Shown here: positions 17,395 through 26,466 of the stretch, piece by piece | How positions within the stretch are numbered: the stretch's first letter is position 1 | Layout: each line of letters starts with the position of its first letter | DNA from: Bacteroidota bacterium | Lineage (GTDB): Bacteria > Bacteroidota > Bacteroidia > Bacteroidales > VadinHA17 | Length of the DNA: 40,360 bases | NCBI GenBank assembly: GCA_037143835.1 | Contig: JBAWXY010000002.1 | Location: forward strand, 1 to 40,360 | Direction: 5' to 3' | Notes under the pieces: generated by a model | What the model was told of the DNA's origin: nothing | Databases searched by the model: none | What the model saw: the letters and a program-made list of their open reading frames with translations, nothing else | Program-made: the position numbers and the translations under genes

Positions 17395-17585
17395 AAAACT
17401 ACAGATAATCGGGTAGAGGTAAGTTGCTCAACTTACAATGGGAAACGGAGGATTATTCACTTCGTTTATGATCCTTAAAGGGGATGCTTAACACAGAAAA
17501 AGCCTTGCCATGCTGACGCATGGCTACGGTCTTTATTATTTCCATCCCTTTCAAAAGCAAATTTTTGACGGTCTGAAAATAATAA

Positions 17586-17618
17586 AGCCCTGTCAGCCAA
17601 CCGGCTGACAAGGCTTTT
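17586..17618. terminator. Bidirectional intrinsic terminator (downstream of the tRNA on the minus strand and of the 16694-17394 locus on the plus strand)
   Basis: Stem GCCCTGTCAGCC / GGCTGACAAGGC (12 bp, one mismatch) with loop AACC. Preceded by an A-run and followed by TTTTT, so there is a U-tract on both strands. Confidence 0.7.
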
Positions 17619-17623
17619 TCTAT

Positions 17624-17695
<72 letters not shown>

Positions 17696-17706
17696 AATAT
17701 CGAGGG

Positions 17707-17714
17707 GCAAATGT
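17707..17714 (-). promoter_or_regulatory. Candidate -7 box (TAnnTTTG) for the tRNA gene
   Basis: The minus strand reads TACATTTG, 12 nt upstream of tRNA position 1. Confidence 0.45.
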
Positions 17715-17833
17715 AGTATATTCAGAGCAATTGGCAATACAAATTTGAAATTATTTTGTTTAATAGATCCGGAGTCCGAAGTCCGTAGATATACTTCCGT
17801 CTTCCGACTTCATCACATTTAAAATTTAATTAT

Positions 17834-17841
17834 TAAGTTTG
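17834..17841 (+). promoter_or_regulatory. Candidate -7 box (TAnnTTTG) for the superoxide reductase gene
   Basis: TAAGTTTG lies 69 nt upstream of the ATG at 17910. Confidence 0.3.
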
Positions 17842-17909
17842 TTTGAAAATTTGCAAGTCAGGTGCCGCTCACTGTGTAGAGATATCTTATTAATTTAAAA
17901 TAAATTGCT

Positions 17910-18293
17910 ATGCCAAGGGTATTTAAAGCAACAGAAATAGAAAAAGAAGAAAAAGAGGTAAAACGCGACTATCTCGACAGGCATATGCCACATGTGTTTT
18001 GTCCCGACACTGTTAAAAGAGGAGAGAAATTTGAGGTTAAGGTGAAACTGGGAGAAGAGTATCCCCACCCTGATGAGCATGATCATTTCATAAGTGTAAT
18101 ACAGCTTTGGAACAGGGAAACACTTCTTGCTGAAGCCCGTTATACGGCAGGGGTTTATTGCAATTTGCCATCACATTTTGAAATCGATTTCTATATTGTT
18201 GCGCCTGAGGTATCTATGAACCTCTCTGCTATGGCCGTATGTACAAAACATGGTCTCTGGCAGAGTGAAGATAAACAGGTTAAAATAGTATAA
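17910..18293 (+). CDS. Superoxide reductase, one-domain (neelaredoxin-type) desulfoferrodoxin-family protein
   Basis: 127 aa. All Fe ligands of the SOR centre II align with Pyrococcus SOR: H25 (DRHMP), PHP-DEHDH (two His) and CTKHGLW (Cys and His). There is no N-terminal desulforedoxin CXXC domain. Confidence 0.8.
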   Translation: MPRVFKATEIEKEEKEVKRDYLDRHMPHVFCPDTVKRGEKFEVKVKLGEEYPHPDEHDHFISVIQLWNRETLLAEARYTAGVYCNLPSHFEIDFYIVAPEVSMNLSAMAVCTKHGLWQSEDKQVKIV

Positions 18294-18348
18294 CAGGGTA
18301 ATATTCCCCTTTTAACTTCCGTTAAAGGAATTGATGAGGCAAGATTAT

Positions 18349-18356
18349 TATCTTTG
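18349..18356 (+). promoter_or_regulatory. Candidate -7 box (TAnnTTTG)
   Basis: TATCTTTG lies 23 nt upstream of the ATG at 18379. Confidence 0.4.
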
Positions 18357-18378
18357 CAGGCCGATTATAAATTAAAAA

Positions 18379-19242
18379 ATGGCTAAAAACGATAAGAAAA
18401 AACGTAACTGGCGCGATAAGTACAGATTTACTGTAATAAACGATCATACCTTTGAAGAAATCTGGAGAGTAAGACTAACCCGATATAATTCATTTCTCCT
18501 GATTACATTTCTGGTTGTTTTCATTATCGGTGCCACAACTTCGCTTATTGCTTTCACAAACCTTAGAGAATTTATCCCTGGCTATCCCGATGTTACAATG
18601 CGGCGTAATATACTGATGAGTGCTATCCGGCTTGATTCCCTCGATCGTGAACTGGCCTTAAGGGATAAATACTTCGCCAATCTGAATGCAATAATATCGG
18701 GTAATCAACCTGTTGAAATGTATGTACGGCAGGATACTACAAAGAATTATAAAGCAATAAATTTCAATACTTCATCCGAAGATTCTGCATTAAGAGCCCG
18801 GGTCGAAAATGAAGAAAGGTATAATCTTACACTCGGCCCATCAACACCCGAATCTGTTACAAGTCTTGCAGGCCTGCATTTTTTCCCTCCCGTAAAAGGA
18901 ATAATATCAGGAAGGTACGATATCAGTACAAAACATTTTGGAACAGACATCGTTACAAAGCCTAAAGCTATTGTATCGTCTGCTCTTGATGGAACTGTTA
19001 TCTTCACCGGATGGACCATGGAAACAGGATTTGTTATTGAAGTTCAACATCCGAATAATATTGTTTCTGTTTATAAACATAACGCAAGCCTCCTGAAAGA
19101 GACAGGAGATCTTGTTCGTGCAGGCGAAGCCATTTCTGTTATTGGTGACTCCGGCGAACTTTATACTTCAGGTCCTCATCTTCATTTTGAGATCTGGTAC
19201 AAAGGGAGTCCTCTTGACCCTGAAAAACATATTTTATTCTAA
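18379..19242 (+). CDS. M23 family metallopeptidase (peptidoglycan endopeptidase-like), membrane-anchored
   Basis: 287 aa with one N-terminal TM helix. The C-terminal LytM domain contains HFGTDI, GDSGELYTSGPHLHFEIW (HxH motif). Confidence 0.85.
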   Translation: MAKNDKKKRNWRDKYRFTVINDHTFEEIWRVRLTRYNSFLLITFLVVFIIGATTSLIAFTNLREFIPGYPDVTMRRNILMSAIRLDSLDRELALRDKYFANLNAIISGNQPVEMYVRQDTTKNYKAINFNTSSEDSALRARVENEERYNLTLGPSTPESVTSLAGLHFFPPVKGIISGRYDISTKHFGTDIVTKPKAIVSSALDGTVIFTGWTMETGFVIEVQHPNNIVSVYKHNASLLKETGDLVRAGEAISVIGDSGELYTSGPHLHFEIWYKGSPLDPEKHILF

Positions 19243-19259
19243 TAACCAGGATACCGGGT

Positions 19260-20423
19260 ATGCCAGAAAGAATTGCATTGTTGGGATCAACCGGGTCGAT
19301 CGGCTCTCAGGCACTGGACGTCATTTCCAGGTTTCCGGAGGAGTTCGTTGTTGAGGTTCTGGTTGCCGGAAATAATATTGATCTTCTGATACAGCAGGCA
19401 CGGCGAATCCAACCCGATACAGTGGTTATCGGGAATGTCGAACATTATAAGCAACTCAAAGAAAATCTCAGGGATACAAATATAAAAGTATTTGCAGGTA
19501 ACGAAGCTATTGAACAGGTTGTGACCTCATCAACTGTTGATGTTGTCATTGCATCAATTGTCGGGTATTCCGGATTGAGACCAACAATTGCTGCAATAAA
19601 AGCCGGTAAAAAAATCGCACTGGCGAACAAAGAAACTCTTGTTGTGGCAGGGGAAATCATTGGAAGACTTGTCAGAGAATCGGGAAGCCGTATCATCCCT
19701 GTCGATTCAGAACATTCAGCAATCTTTCAATGCCTTGTAGGTGAGTCGGGAAACCCCATCGAAAAAATTACTCTTACAGCTTCCGGGGGGCCATTCCTGA
19801 ACTGGTCCGAAGAGATGCTGAAAAATGTTAAACCAGGCGAAGCACTCAAACATCCAAACTGGGATATGGGCAATAAAGTCACAATCGATTCAGCCTCACT
19901 TATGAATAAAGGTCTGGAGGTGATTGAAGCAAAATGGCTCTTTGGCCTCACTCCTGACCAGATTTCAGTGATTATTCATCCCCAATCGGTCATCCATTCA
20001 TTTGTCCATTTTGCAGACGGATCAGTAAAAGCTCAACTTGGAGTTCCCGATATGAGGGTTCCGATTCTGTATGCTCTGACTTATCCCAACCGACTCTGTT
20101 CCGATCTTCCGCGTCTGGATTTTAAAAACCATCAGACTCTTACATTTACAGATCCTGATATGAAAAAATTCAGGAATCTCTCTCTTGCATATGATGCTTT
20201 AAAGGAGGGAGGGAACATGCCTTGCATTATGAATGCGGCAAATGAAATAGCTGTTAGCGCATTTCTTAATGGAAAAATAGGCTTTATGCAAATGTCTGAT
20301 ATTGTTGCATATACAATGGAAAGCAGTTTGTATTCACCATCTCCAGATCTGGATTTTCTTGAGGTTACTGACTTAAATGCCAGGGAGGTAGCAAAAATAT
20401 ATATTAATAAACTTCATAAATAA
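19260..20423 (+). CDS. dxr: 1-deoxy-D-xylulose 5-phosphate reductoisomerase
   Basis: 387 aa. Blocks LGSTGSIGSQALDV, ALANKETLV, DSEHSAIFQC and HPNWDMGNKVTIDSA. Confidence 0.95.
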   Translation: MPERIALLGSTGSIGSQALDVISRFPEEFVVEVLVAGNNIDLLIQQARRIQPDTVVIGNVEHYKQLKENLRDTNIKVFAGNEAIEQVVTSSTVDVVIASIVGYSGLRPTIAAIKAGKKIALANKETLVVAGEIIGRLVRESGSRIIPVDSEHSAIFQCLVGESGNPIEKITLTASGGPFLNWSEEMLKNVKPGEALKHPNWDMGNKVTIDSASLMNKGLEVIEAKWLFGLTPDQISVIIHPQSVIHSFVHFADGSVKAQLGVPDMRVPILYALTYPNRLCSDLPRLDFKNHQTLTFTDPDMKKFRNLSLAYDALKEGGNMPCIMNAANEIAVSAFLNGKIGFMQMSDIVAYTMESSLYSPSPDLDFLEVTDLNAREVAKIYINKLHK

Positions 20424-20425
20424 AG

Positions 20426-21757
20426 ATGACAATACTGATAAAAATCCTGCAGTTTGTAATGAGTCTGTCAATTCTTGTAATAATACATGAATTGGGACAT
20501 TTCGTTTTGGCTAAACTGTTCAAAACAAGAGTTGAAAAGTTTTATCTTTTCTTTGATCCATGGTTTTCGCTTTTTAAATATAAAAAGGGAGATACTGAAT
20601 ATGGGATAGGATGGCTCCCGCTTGGTGGATATGTCAAGATTTCAGGGATGATCGATGAATCAATGGACAAGGAACAGATGAAACAGCCTCCTCAACCATA
20701 TGAGTTCAGATCAAAGACATCGTGGCAACGCCTTCTGATAATGACTGGAGGAGTGATTTTTAATTTTATTTCCGCAATGCTGATTTATGTTTTTGTTCTG
20801 TTTGCATGGGGCGAAACATACCTGCCTACTGCAAACGTTAAATATGGTATTGTGACCGACTCAGTCGGTTATGCGATAGGACTCAGAAACGGAGACAAGA
20901 TCCTTACTGTCGACAATCGGCATGTAGAGAATTTTCTTGAGATCACTACCGATATTGTTTTGAACAACCGCAAAACTATCCAGGTTGAACGCGATGGACA
21001 GGTATTAAATATTGAAATTCCAAAGGAATATATTCCTAAAATGCTTAAGGGGAAAGGTCAGATTGATTATAGGACACCTTTTGGACCTTTTGTGGTTGGA
21101 TCCTATAGTAAAGAGTCCCCGGGTAAAGCAGCCGGCGTTCTTCCCGGAGATCAGCTTATTGGTCTCGACGACAAAAGATTCATATATTATGATGAATTTA
21201 GAAAGTACATTTTTGAAAACAAAGATCGTCCTTTAGTTCTTAATATTTTGCGTAAAGGGGAAAACCTTAATATCCCTGTAACACCTAACTCTTCAGGGTT
21301 ACTTGGAATTAACCCATCTGTTTCTCTTGATTCGATATTTGATCTGAAAACTATAAAATACGGATTTCTGCAATCATTTCCTGCCGGTATTGATAAAGGA
21401 TTTAAGACAATTGCTGATTATCTCAAGCAATTCAAACTCATTTTTTCAAAAAATACAAAAGCATATGAATCGCTTGGTGGCTTTATTACAATAGGCAGCA
21501 TTTTTCCCGGTGTCTGGGACTGGCAGTTATTCTGGAACCTGACAGCATTCCTTTCAATTATACTTGCAGTGATGAATATTCTTCCAATACCTGCTCTTGA
21601 TGGCGGCCATGTGATGTTCTTATTATTTGAGGTAATAACCGGAAGAAAGCCAAGCGATAAATTCCTTGAATATGCACAGATTGCCGGAATGATTTTACTG
21701 TTGTCACTTCTTGTTTTTGCTAACGGGAATGATATTCTGAGGCTGATCAGGAATTAG
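20426..21757 (+). CDS. rseP: RIP zinc metalloprotease RseP (site-2 protease, M50 family)
   Basis: 443 aa. HELGHF zinc motif in TM1, a central PDZ region, and a C-terminal NILPIPALDGGH motif. The conserved dxr-rseP neighbourhood is present. Confidence 0.9.
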   Translation: MTILIKILQFVMSLSILVIIHELGHFVLAKLFKTRVEKFYLFFDPWFSLFKYKKGDTEYGIGWLPLGGYVKISGMIDESMDKEQMKQPPQPYEFRSKTSWQRLLIMTGGVIFNFISAMLIYVFVLFAWGETYLPTANVKYGIVTDSVGYAIGLRNGDKILTVDNRHVENFLEITTDIVLNNRKTIQVERDGQVLNIEIPKEYIPKMLKGKGQIDYRTPFGPFVVGSYSKESPGKAAGVLPGDQLIGLDDKRFIYYDEFRKYIFENKDRPLVLNILRKGENLNIPVTPNSSGLLGINPSVSLDSIFDLKTIKYGFLQSFPAGIDKGFKTIADYLKQFKLIFSKNTKAYESLGGFITIGSIFPGVWDWQLFWNLTAFLSIILAVMNILPIPALDGGHVMFLLFEVITGRKPSDKFLEYAQIAGMILLLSLLVFANGNDILRLIRN

Positions 21758-21798
21758 ATTTTATTTTGATCGCGGCTTGTATATAATTAAAGTATTTA

Positions 21799-21806
21799 TA
21801 ACTTTG
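21799..21806 (+). promoter_or_regulatory. Candidate -7 box (TAnnTTTG) for tatA
   Basis: TAACTTTG lies 24 nt upstream of the ATG at 21830. Confidence 0.4.
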
Positions 21807-21829
21807 TACAAATTCTAATACTAAAAGAG

Positions 21830-22015
21830 ATGGGAAAAATAGGTTTAACAGAGATAATACTGGTATTACTTGTAGTAGTTCTTCTTTTTGGTGGTCGTAA
21901 GATTCCTGAACTTATGAAAGGGATCGGCCAGGGTATGAAAGAATTTAAGAAAGCTTCAAAATACGATCCTGCAACTGACGATAATAAAGAAGTAGCAAAC
22001 AAGGATAAATTTTAA
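21830..22015 (+). CDS. tatA: Twin-arginine translocase subunit TatA/E
   Basis: 61 aa. N-terminal TM helix, then [23 protein letters not shown], the TatA hinge and amphipathic helix signature. Confidence 0.9.
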   Translation: MGKIGLTEIILVLLVVVLLFGGRKIPELMKGIGQGMKEFKKASKYDPATDDNKEVANKDKF

Positions 22016-22033
22016 TATCACAATATTCATAGG

Positions 22034-22061
22034 AAACCTGCATATCAATGCAGGTTTTTTT
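22034..22061 (+). terminator. Intrinsic terminator after tatA (may also serve the convergent gene)
   Basis: Stem AAACCTGCAT / ATGCAGGTTT with loop ATCA, followed by a T7 run. Confidence 0.8.
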
Positions 22062-22064
22062 GTC

Positions 22065-23165
22065 TTATTTCACCAACTCATATTTCTGATTTCTTCTGCC
22101 CGGAATAAATCCCGCTTCTTTTATTATCGATTGCATCTCATTGGCATTAAATCGATTGTTGGCCCCGGCAGCACTTACTACATTCTCTTCAATCATTATT
22201 GATCCAAGGTCGTTAGCCCCTGAATGAAGTGACAACATCCCAATCTCCTTACCAACGGTAAGTATTGAGGCTTGTATATTTTTAATGTTATTCAATATGA
22301 TACGACTTACTGCAATCATCCGGATATAGTCGGGTCCGCTGTAACTGCTTTTGATACCATGTTTCCGCAAAAGAACTGTTCCTTCATCCTGAAATGGCCA
22401 TGGAATAAAGGTTATAAATCCATAATGGTTTTCAGGTTTTTTATCCTGAAGATCCCTGAGCCGGATAAGATGTTCAATCCTCTCCTCGGGTGTTTCTATG
22501 TGACCATACATCATTGTGGCAGAAGTGGGAAGGTTTAATTTATGGGCTTCTCTCATAACTTCAATCCACTCTTCCGTGGTAGCTTTTGCAGGAGAAACAA
22601 TCCTTCTTACACGATCGGAAAGAATCTCAGCACCTGCACCGGGAAGACTGTCAAGCCCTGCTTCGATTAACTGCGAAAGAACATCAGAATAGGATAGCCG
22701 CTCCTTTTTTGCAAGATAAACAATCTCCGGTGGTCCGAGAGCATGCAACTTTAAAGAGGGGTATAATTTCTTCAGATTCCTGAAAAGATCAATATAAAAG
22801 CCGATGTCAAGATCCGGGTTCATACCTCCCTGTAGAAGAAGCTGATCACCTCCAAGTGAATACAATTCATTAATTTTGCTTATGTAATCATCTGTCGATG
22901 TGATATATGCATCGGGTGATCCTTTTTTCCTGCAAAAGTTACAAAATGAGCATTGCGAAAAGCAGATATTGGTAAGGTTCACGTTTCTGTCGATCATCCA
23001 TCCGGCAATATTCCCTGGATTATGCAATTGTCTGAGCTTATTGGCAACAAACATCAGCTCCTCAACCGGAGCCTGAGTATACAGGGCAACGCCCTCCTCC
23101 GTATTCAGCGGAATAAGTCCGAGAGCTTTCTCGTATATTTGTTCTAAAATCATAAGTATAAACAA
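22065..23165 (-). CDS. Radical SAM enzyme of the CofH/MqnC/MqnE family (futalosine-pathway menaquinone biosynthesis). MqnC and MqnE are not resolved.
   Basis: 366 aa. CxxxCxxC cluster motif CFSQCSFC. The blocks LLLQGGMNPD, GAGAEIL, MMYGHIETPEERIEHL and GFITFIPWPFQ are typical of this subfamily. Confidence 0.7.
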   Translation of the reverse strand: MFILMILEQIYEKALGLIPLNTEEGVALYTQAPVEELMFVANKLRQLHNPGNIAGWMIDRNVNLTNICFSQCSFCNFCRKKGSPDAYITSTDDYISKINELYSLGGDQLLLQGGMNPDLDIGFYIDLFRNLKKLYPSLKLHALGPPEIVYLAKKERLSYSDVLSQLIEAGLDSLPGAGAEILSDRVRRIVSPAKATTEEWIEVMREAHKLNLPTSATMMYGHIETPEERIEHLIRLRDLQDKKPENHYGFITFIPWPFQDEGTVLLRKHGIKSSYSGPDYIRMIAVSRIILNNIKNIQASILTVGKEIGMLSLHSGANDLGSIMIEENVVSAAGANNRFNANEMQSIIKEAGFIPGRRNQKYELVK

Positions 23166-23223
23166 ATTATCTTAATCCTTTTTAACAATAAAGTATCTTT
23201 TTTGTTGTCAGGATTAATCAGCG

Positions 23224-23231
23224 CAAAGGTA
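23224..23231 (-). promoter_or_regulatory. Candidate -7 box (TAnnTTTG) for the radical SAM gene
   Basis: The minus strand reads TACCTTTG, 59 nt upstream of the start at 23165. Confidence 0.3.
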
Positions 23232-23299
23232 GCGCTTTGGAAACGAAACAATCAATATTTTAATTAACTTTACATCTTCAGAAACCCCCGGATTATTAT

Positions 23300-24757
23300 A
23301 TGAAACCTCAAATCATAAGAATATCACAAATATCAGCTGACCAATCTGTTATATGTATTCTTGGAAGTGACCATATACCGAAAAGGTTAACACTTGGTAA
23401 ATCAGAAAAGGAGTTTGCTCAAAAACAGTTGCAGGCAAAGGAAGAATATGTTTTCATAAATTCTTATAACAAGTGCACCTACTTGGTCAGATTAAAGGAG
23501 GGAATCAGTCATCATAAAATCAGGGAAGAGCTTCGCAAAACATCTTATAATTTAAGAAAACAGATAAAAGGGAATAGCCATTCCGAACTGGTAATTACTT
23601 GTGATAAGGCTTATAAGGGAGCCATTGAAGATTTTGCTGAAGGACTTCTCTTAAGCGTTTATTCATTCGAAAAGTACAAGACAAAAGAAGACGAGGATGA
23701 GAAAAATAAATATCCATCGAAACTTCTTTTGCATGGTGATATCGCTGATTCAGAGATTAAATGGCTTATTGATCTGACAGATGCAGCCTATTTTACACGC
23801 GATCTGATTAATGAACCGGTTAACCATCTGGATGCAACAGCTCTGGCCGGGGAGATTAAAAAAATCGGAAATTCTGCCGGGTTTAAAGTTGAGGTGTTAA
23901 CCAAAGGTAAGATTGAAGCGCTTAAGATGGGAGGACTTCTGGCTGTCAATAAAGGAAGTGTTGATCCACCGGTATTCTGTATCCTTGAATGGAAGCCTGA
24001 AAAATGTCTTAACAAGAAACCTATTATTCTGGTTGGAAAAGGAGTCGTATATGATACAGGTGGTCTGAATATTAAAACCGGCGATTTTATGGCCGGTATG
24101 AATGGAGATATGGCTGGTGCTGCAATAGTAACGGGTGTCTTGCATACTGCTGCAAGGACAGGTATTCAGCTTTATATCATCGGATTGATTCCGTCAACGG
24201 ATAACCGTCCCGGAGGAAATGCATATACTCAGGGAGACATCATTACCATGTATAATAAAATGACTGTTGAAATTGGTAATACCGATGCTGAAGGCAGGCT
24301 TATCCTGGCCGATGCTATCAGTTATGCATCAAAGTATTCGCCGGAACTTATTATTGATATTGCAACACTGACAGGTTCGGCAGCAATGACCTTTGGAAAC
24401 CAGGCAATTGCTGTTATGACCAATGCCGACAGAAAATATATCAACCTCCTTGAAGAATGCGGTAAAGATGTTTATGAAAGAATTGCTGAATTACCTTTCT
24501 GGGATGAATATGGAGAGATGTTGAAGTCTGATATAGCTGATCTTAAAAATATTGGTGGACGTGAAGCAGGTGCCATAATCGCCGGGAAATTTCTTGAGCG
24601 GTTTACAGAATTCCCATTAATACACCTGGATATTGCCGGTACAGAGATGCTTAAGAAGGATGATTTTTATAGATTAAAGAACGGACCCGGGTCAGGATTA
24701 AGGCTGCTTTCAACATTTTTAAAAAGATTTGCAGCTAAATACTCAGATAAGAAATAA
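23300..24757 (+). CDS. pepA: Leucyl aminopeptidase (M17 family)
   Basis: 485 aa. M17 signatures VGKGVVYDTGGLNIK and NTDAEGRLILAD. Confidence 0.9.
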   Translation: MKPQIIRISQISADQSVICILGSDHIPKRLTLGKSEKEFAQKQLQAKEEYVFINSYNKCTYLVRLKEGISHHKIREELRKTSYNLRKQIKGNSHSELVITCDKAYKGAIEDFAEGLLLSVYSFEKYKTKEDEDEKNKYPSKLLLHGDIADSEIKWLIDLTDAAYFTRDLINEPVNHLDATALAGEIKKIGNSAGFKVEVLTKGKIEALKMGGLLAVNKGSVDPPVFCILEWKPEKCLNKKPIILVGKGVVYDTGGLNIKTGDFMAGMNGDMAGAAIVTGVLHTAARTGIQLYIIGLIPSTDNRPGGNAYTQGDIITMYNKMTVEIGNTDAEGRLILADAISYASKYSPELIIDIATLTGSAAMTFGNQAIAVMTNADRKYINLLEECGKDVYERIAELPFWDEYGEMLKSDIADLKNIGGREAGAIIAGKFLERFTEFPLIHLDIAGTEMLKKDDFYRLKNGPGSGLRLLSTFLKRFAAKYSDKK

Positions 24758-24763
24758 CAATTT

Positions 24764-25864
24764 ATGGAAAAGAAAATGATAATTGCCGGCATCTCACATG
24801 GAGATATAAATGGTATCGGATATGAGGTTATAATCAAAGCTCTATCAGATCCTGTGATAAATGATATTTGCATACCCGTTGTATATGGTTCACCCAAGGT
24901 GGCAGCTTATCATCGAAAGGCTTTAAATATTAATAATTTCAGTTTCAACAATATCAAATCTGCGGAAGAAGCCCATTCGAAAAAGGCTAACATGATCAAT
25001 TGCCTTGATGATAATACCAGGGTTGAGCTTGGTAAGTCGACCCCGCAAGGCGGAGAGGCAGCACTTATTTCTCTCGAAAAAGCTGTGGAAGACCTTATCA
25101 GTGGAAAAATTAATGTTCTTATTACCGCCCCAATTGATAAACATAATGTTCAATCAGAAAATTTTCATTTTAATGGTCATACTGAGTATTTGAAATCAAA
25201 AGCAGGCACTAAAGAAGTCCTTATGTTTATGATAGGAGAGAGCATGAGAATTGGTTTTGCCACCGGCCATGTTCCACTCAGCAAAGTTCCGGAACTGATA
25301 ACTGTGGAATTGCTCATTCAAAAAATCAGGCTGATGAATCACTCACTCATACTCGATTTCGGAATCCGCAAACCACGTATAGCAGTACTCGGACTCAATC
25401 CTCATGCAGGTGATAACTCATTACTGGGAACAGAAGAAGCTGAAATAATTATCCCTGCAATTCAACAGGCACAGAAAGAAGGGATACTGACCTTTGGACC
25501 TTTCCCGGCTGACGGATTTTTCGGAGCCGGATCATTCACAAAATTCGATGGTATACTTTCAATGTACCACGACCAGGGACTTCCTCCATTTAAGGCGTTA
25601 TCGTTTGATTCAGGGGTTAACTTCACTGCAGGATTGCCTTTTATCAGGACATCCCCGGTTCATGGAACTGCTTTTGCAATTGCCGGAAAAGGTGAAGCCT
25701 CGGAAAACTCATTCCGTCAGGCAATTTACCTTGCCTGCGACATATTCAGAAACAGGCAGATCTACGCCGAAATATCAAAAAATCCTTTGAAGCATCAGGA
25801 TATCGAAATTCATAGTGACCGTATTGATGAACTTCCTCCGGATATTTTTATTGCCGAACAATAA
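24764..25864 (+). CDS. pdxA: 4-hydroxythreonine-4-phosphate dehydrogenase
   Basis: 366 aa. Blocks GDINGIGYEVIIKAL, ITAPIDK, FNGHTEYL, GLNPHAGD, MYHDQGL and IRTSPVHGTAF. Confidence 0.9.
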   Translation: MEKKMIIAGISHGDINGIGYEVIIKALSDPVINDICIPVVYGSPKVAAYHRKALNINNFSFNNIKSAEEAHSKKANMINCLDDNTRVELGKSTPQGGEAALISLEKAVEDLISGKINVLITAPIDKHNVQSENFHFNGHTEYLKSKAGTKEVLMFMIGESMRIGFATGHVPLSKVPELITVELLIQKIRLMNHSLILDFGIRKPRIAVLGLNPHAGDNSLLGTEEAEIIIPAIQQAQKEGILTFGPFPADGFFGAGSFTKFDGILSMYHDQGLPPFKALSFDSGVNFTAGLPFIRTSPVHGTAFAIAGKGEASENSFRQAIYLACDIFRNRQIYAEISKNPLKHQDIEIHSDRIDELPPDIFIAEQ

Positions 25865-25866
25865 TT

Positions 25867-26448
25867 ATGATAGATTACATTAAAGGAGCCATAACCCAGA
25901 TCACTCCGACATTCCTTACCCTTGAAACCGGGGGAATCGGCTATCTTCTCAATATTTCGATATCCACATTTTCGAAACTTGAAGGGAAAAACGAATATAA
26001 ACTCCTGGTGCATGAGGTCATCAGGGAGGATAGTCACCAGCTTTTTGGATTTGCGGATAGTGAGGAACGGAATATTTTCAGGTTGCTGATTTCTGTTACA
26101 GGTGTTGGTGCAAATACTGCAAGGATGATGCTTTCTTCACTTAGTCCGGGTGAAATAGAAAAGGCAATTATTGGGTCCGATGTAAATATTCTTAAGAGTG
26201 TTAAGGGTATTGGATTAAAAACCGCCCAGAGGATAATTGTTGACCTGAAAGATAAGCTGGGCAAACAGGCAGGAAGTGGCGAAATATTTGCCTTTGCAGA
26301 CAATACAAAACGGGAAGAGGCGTTATCTGCATTAGTGATGCTTGGATTTGCCAAAAGCGCTGTCTCAAAAGTCCTTGATAAAATAGTCAGAGAAGAAAAG
26401 AACCTGACTGTGGAGGATATGATTAAGAGAGCGCTTAAAAACTTGTAA
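25867..26448 (+). CDS. ruvA: Holliday junction branch migration complex subunit RuvA
   Basis: 193 aa. The N-terminus MIDYIKG...GGIGY, the helix-hairpin-helix blocks LISVTGVGANTARMMLS and VKGIGLKTAQRII, and the C-terminal domain III are all present. Confidence 0.9.
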   Translation: MIDYIKGAITQITPTFLTLETGGIGYLLNISISTFSKLEGKNEYKLLVHEVIREDSHQLFGFADSEERNIFRLLISVTGVGANTARMMLSSLSPGEIEKAIIGSDVNILKSVKGIGLKTAQRIIVDLKDKLGKQAGSGEIFAFADNTKREEALSALVMLGFAKSAVSKVLDKIVREEKNLTVEDMIKRALKNL

Positions 26449-26466
26449 TTCTGAATTTCAGCCGGA

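Noticed and set aside
17440-17470. A possible degenerate copy of the tRNA 3' end (ACGGAGGATTATTCACTTCG versus GCGGAGGAAGGATTCGAACC), which would indicate an old integration site
   Set aside because: Similarity is limited to about 7 contiguous nt plus scattered matches. There is no integrase and no island-like gene content between the two sequences.
17910-18293. Two-domain desulfoferrodoxin (Dfx) call
   Set aside because: The N-terminal region has no CXXC pairs for a desulforedoxin centre. Only the neelaredoxin-type centre II domain is present.
22065-23165. Alternative radical SAM identities (BioB, ThiH, HydG, CofG/H)
   Set aside because: The length (366 aa), the position of the cluster motif about 65 aa from the N-terminus, and the GFITFIPWPFQ block fit the MqnC/MqnE group better. 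I could not separate MqnC from MqnE without a search.
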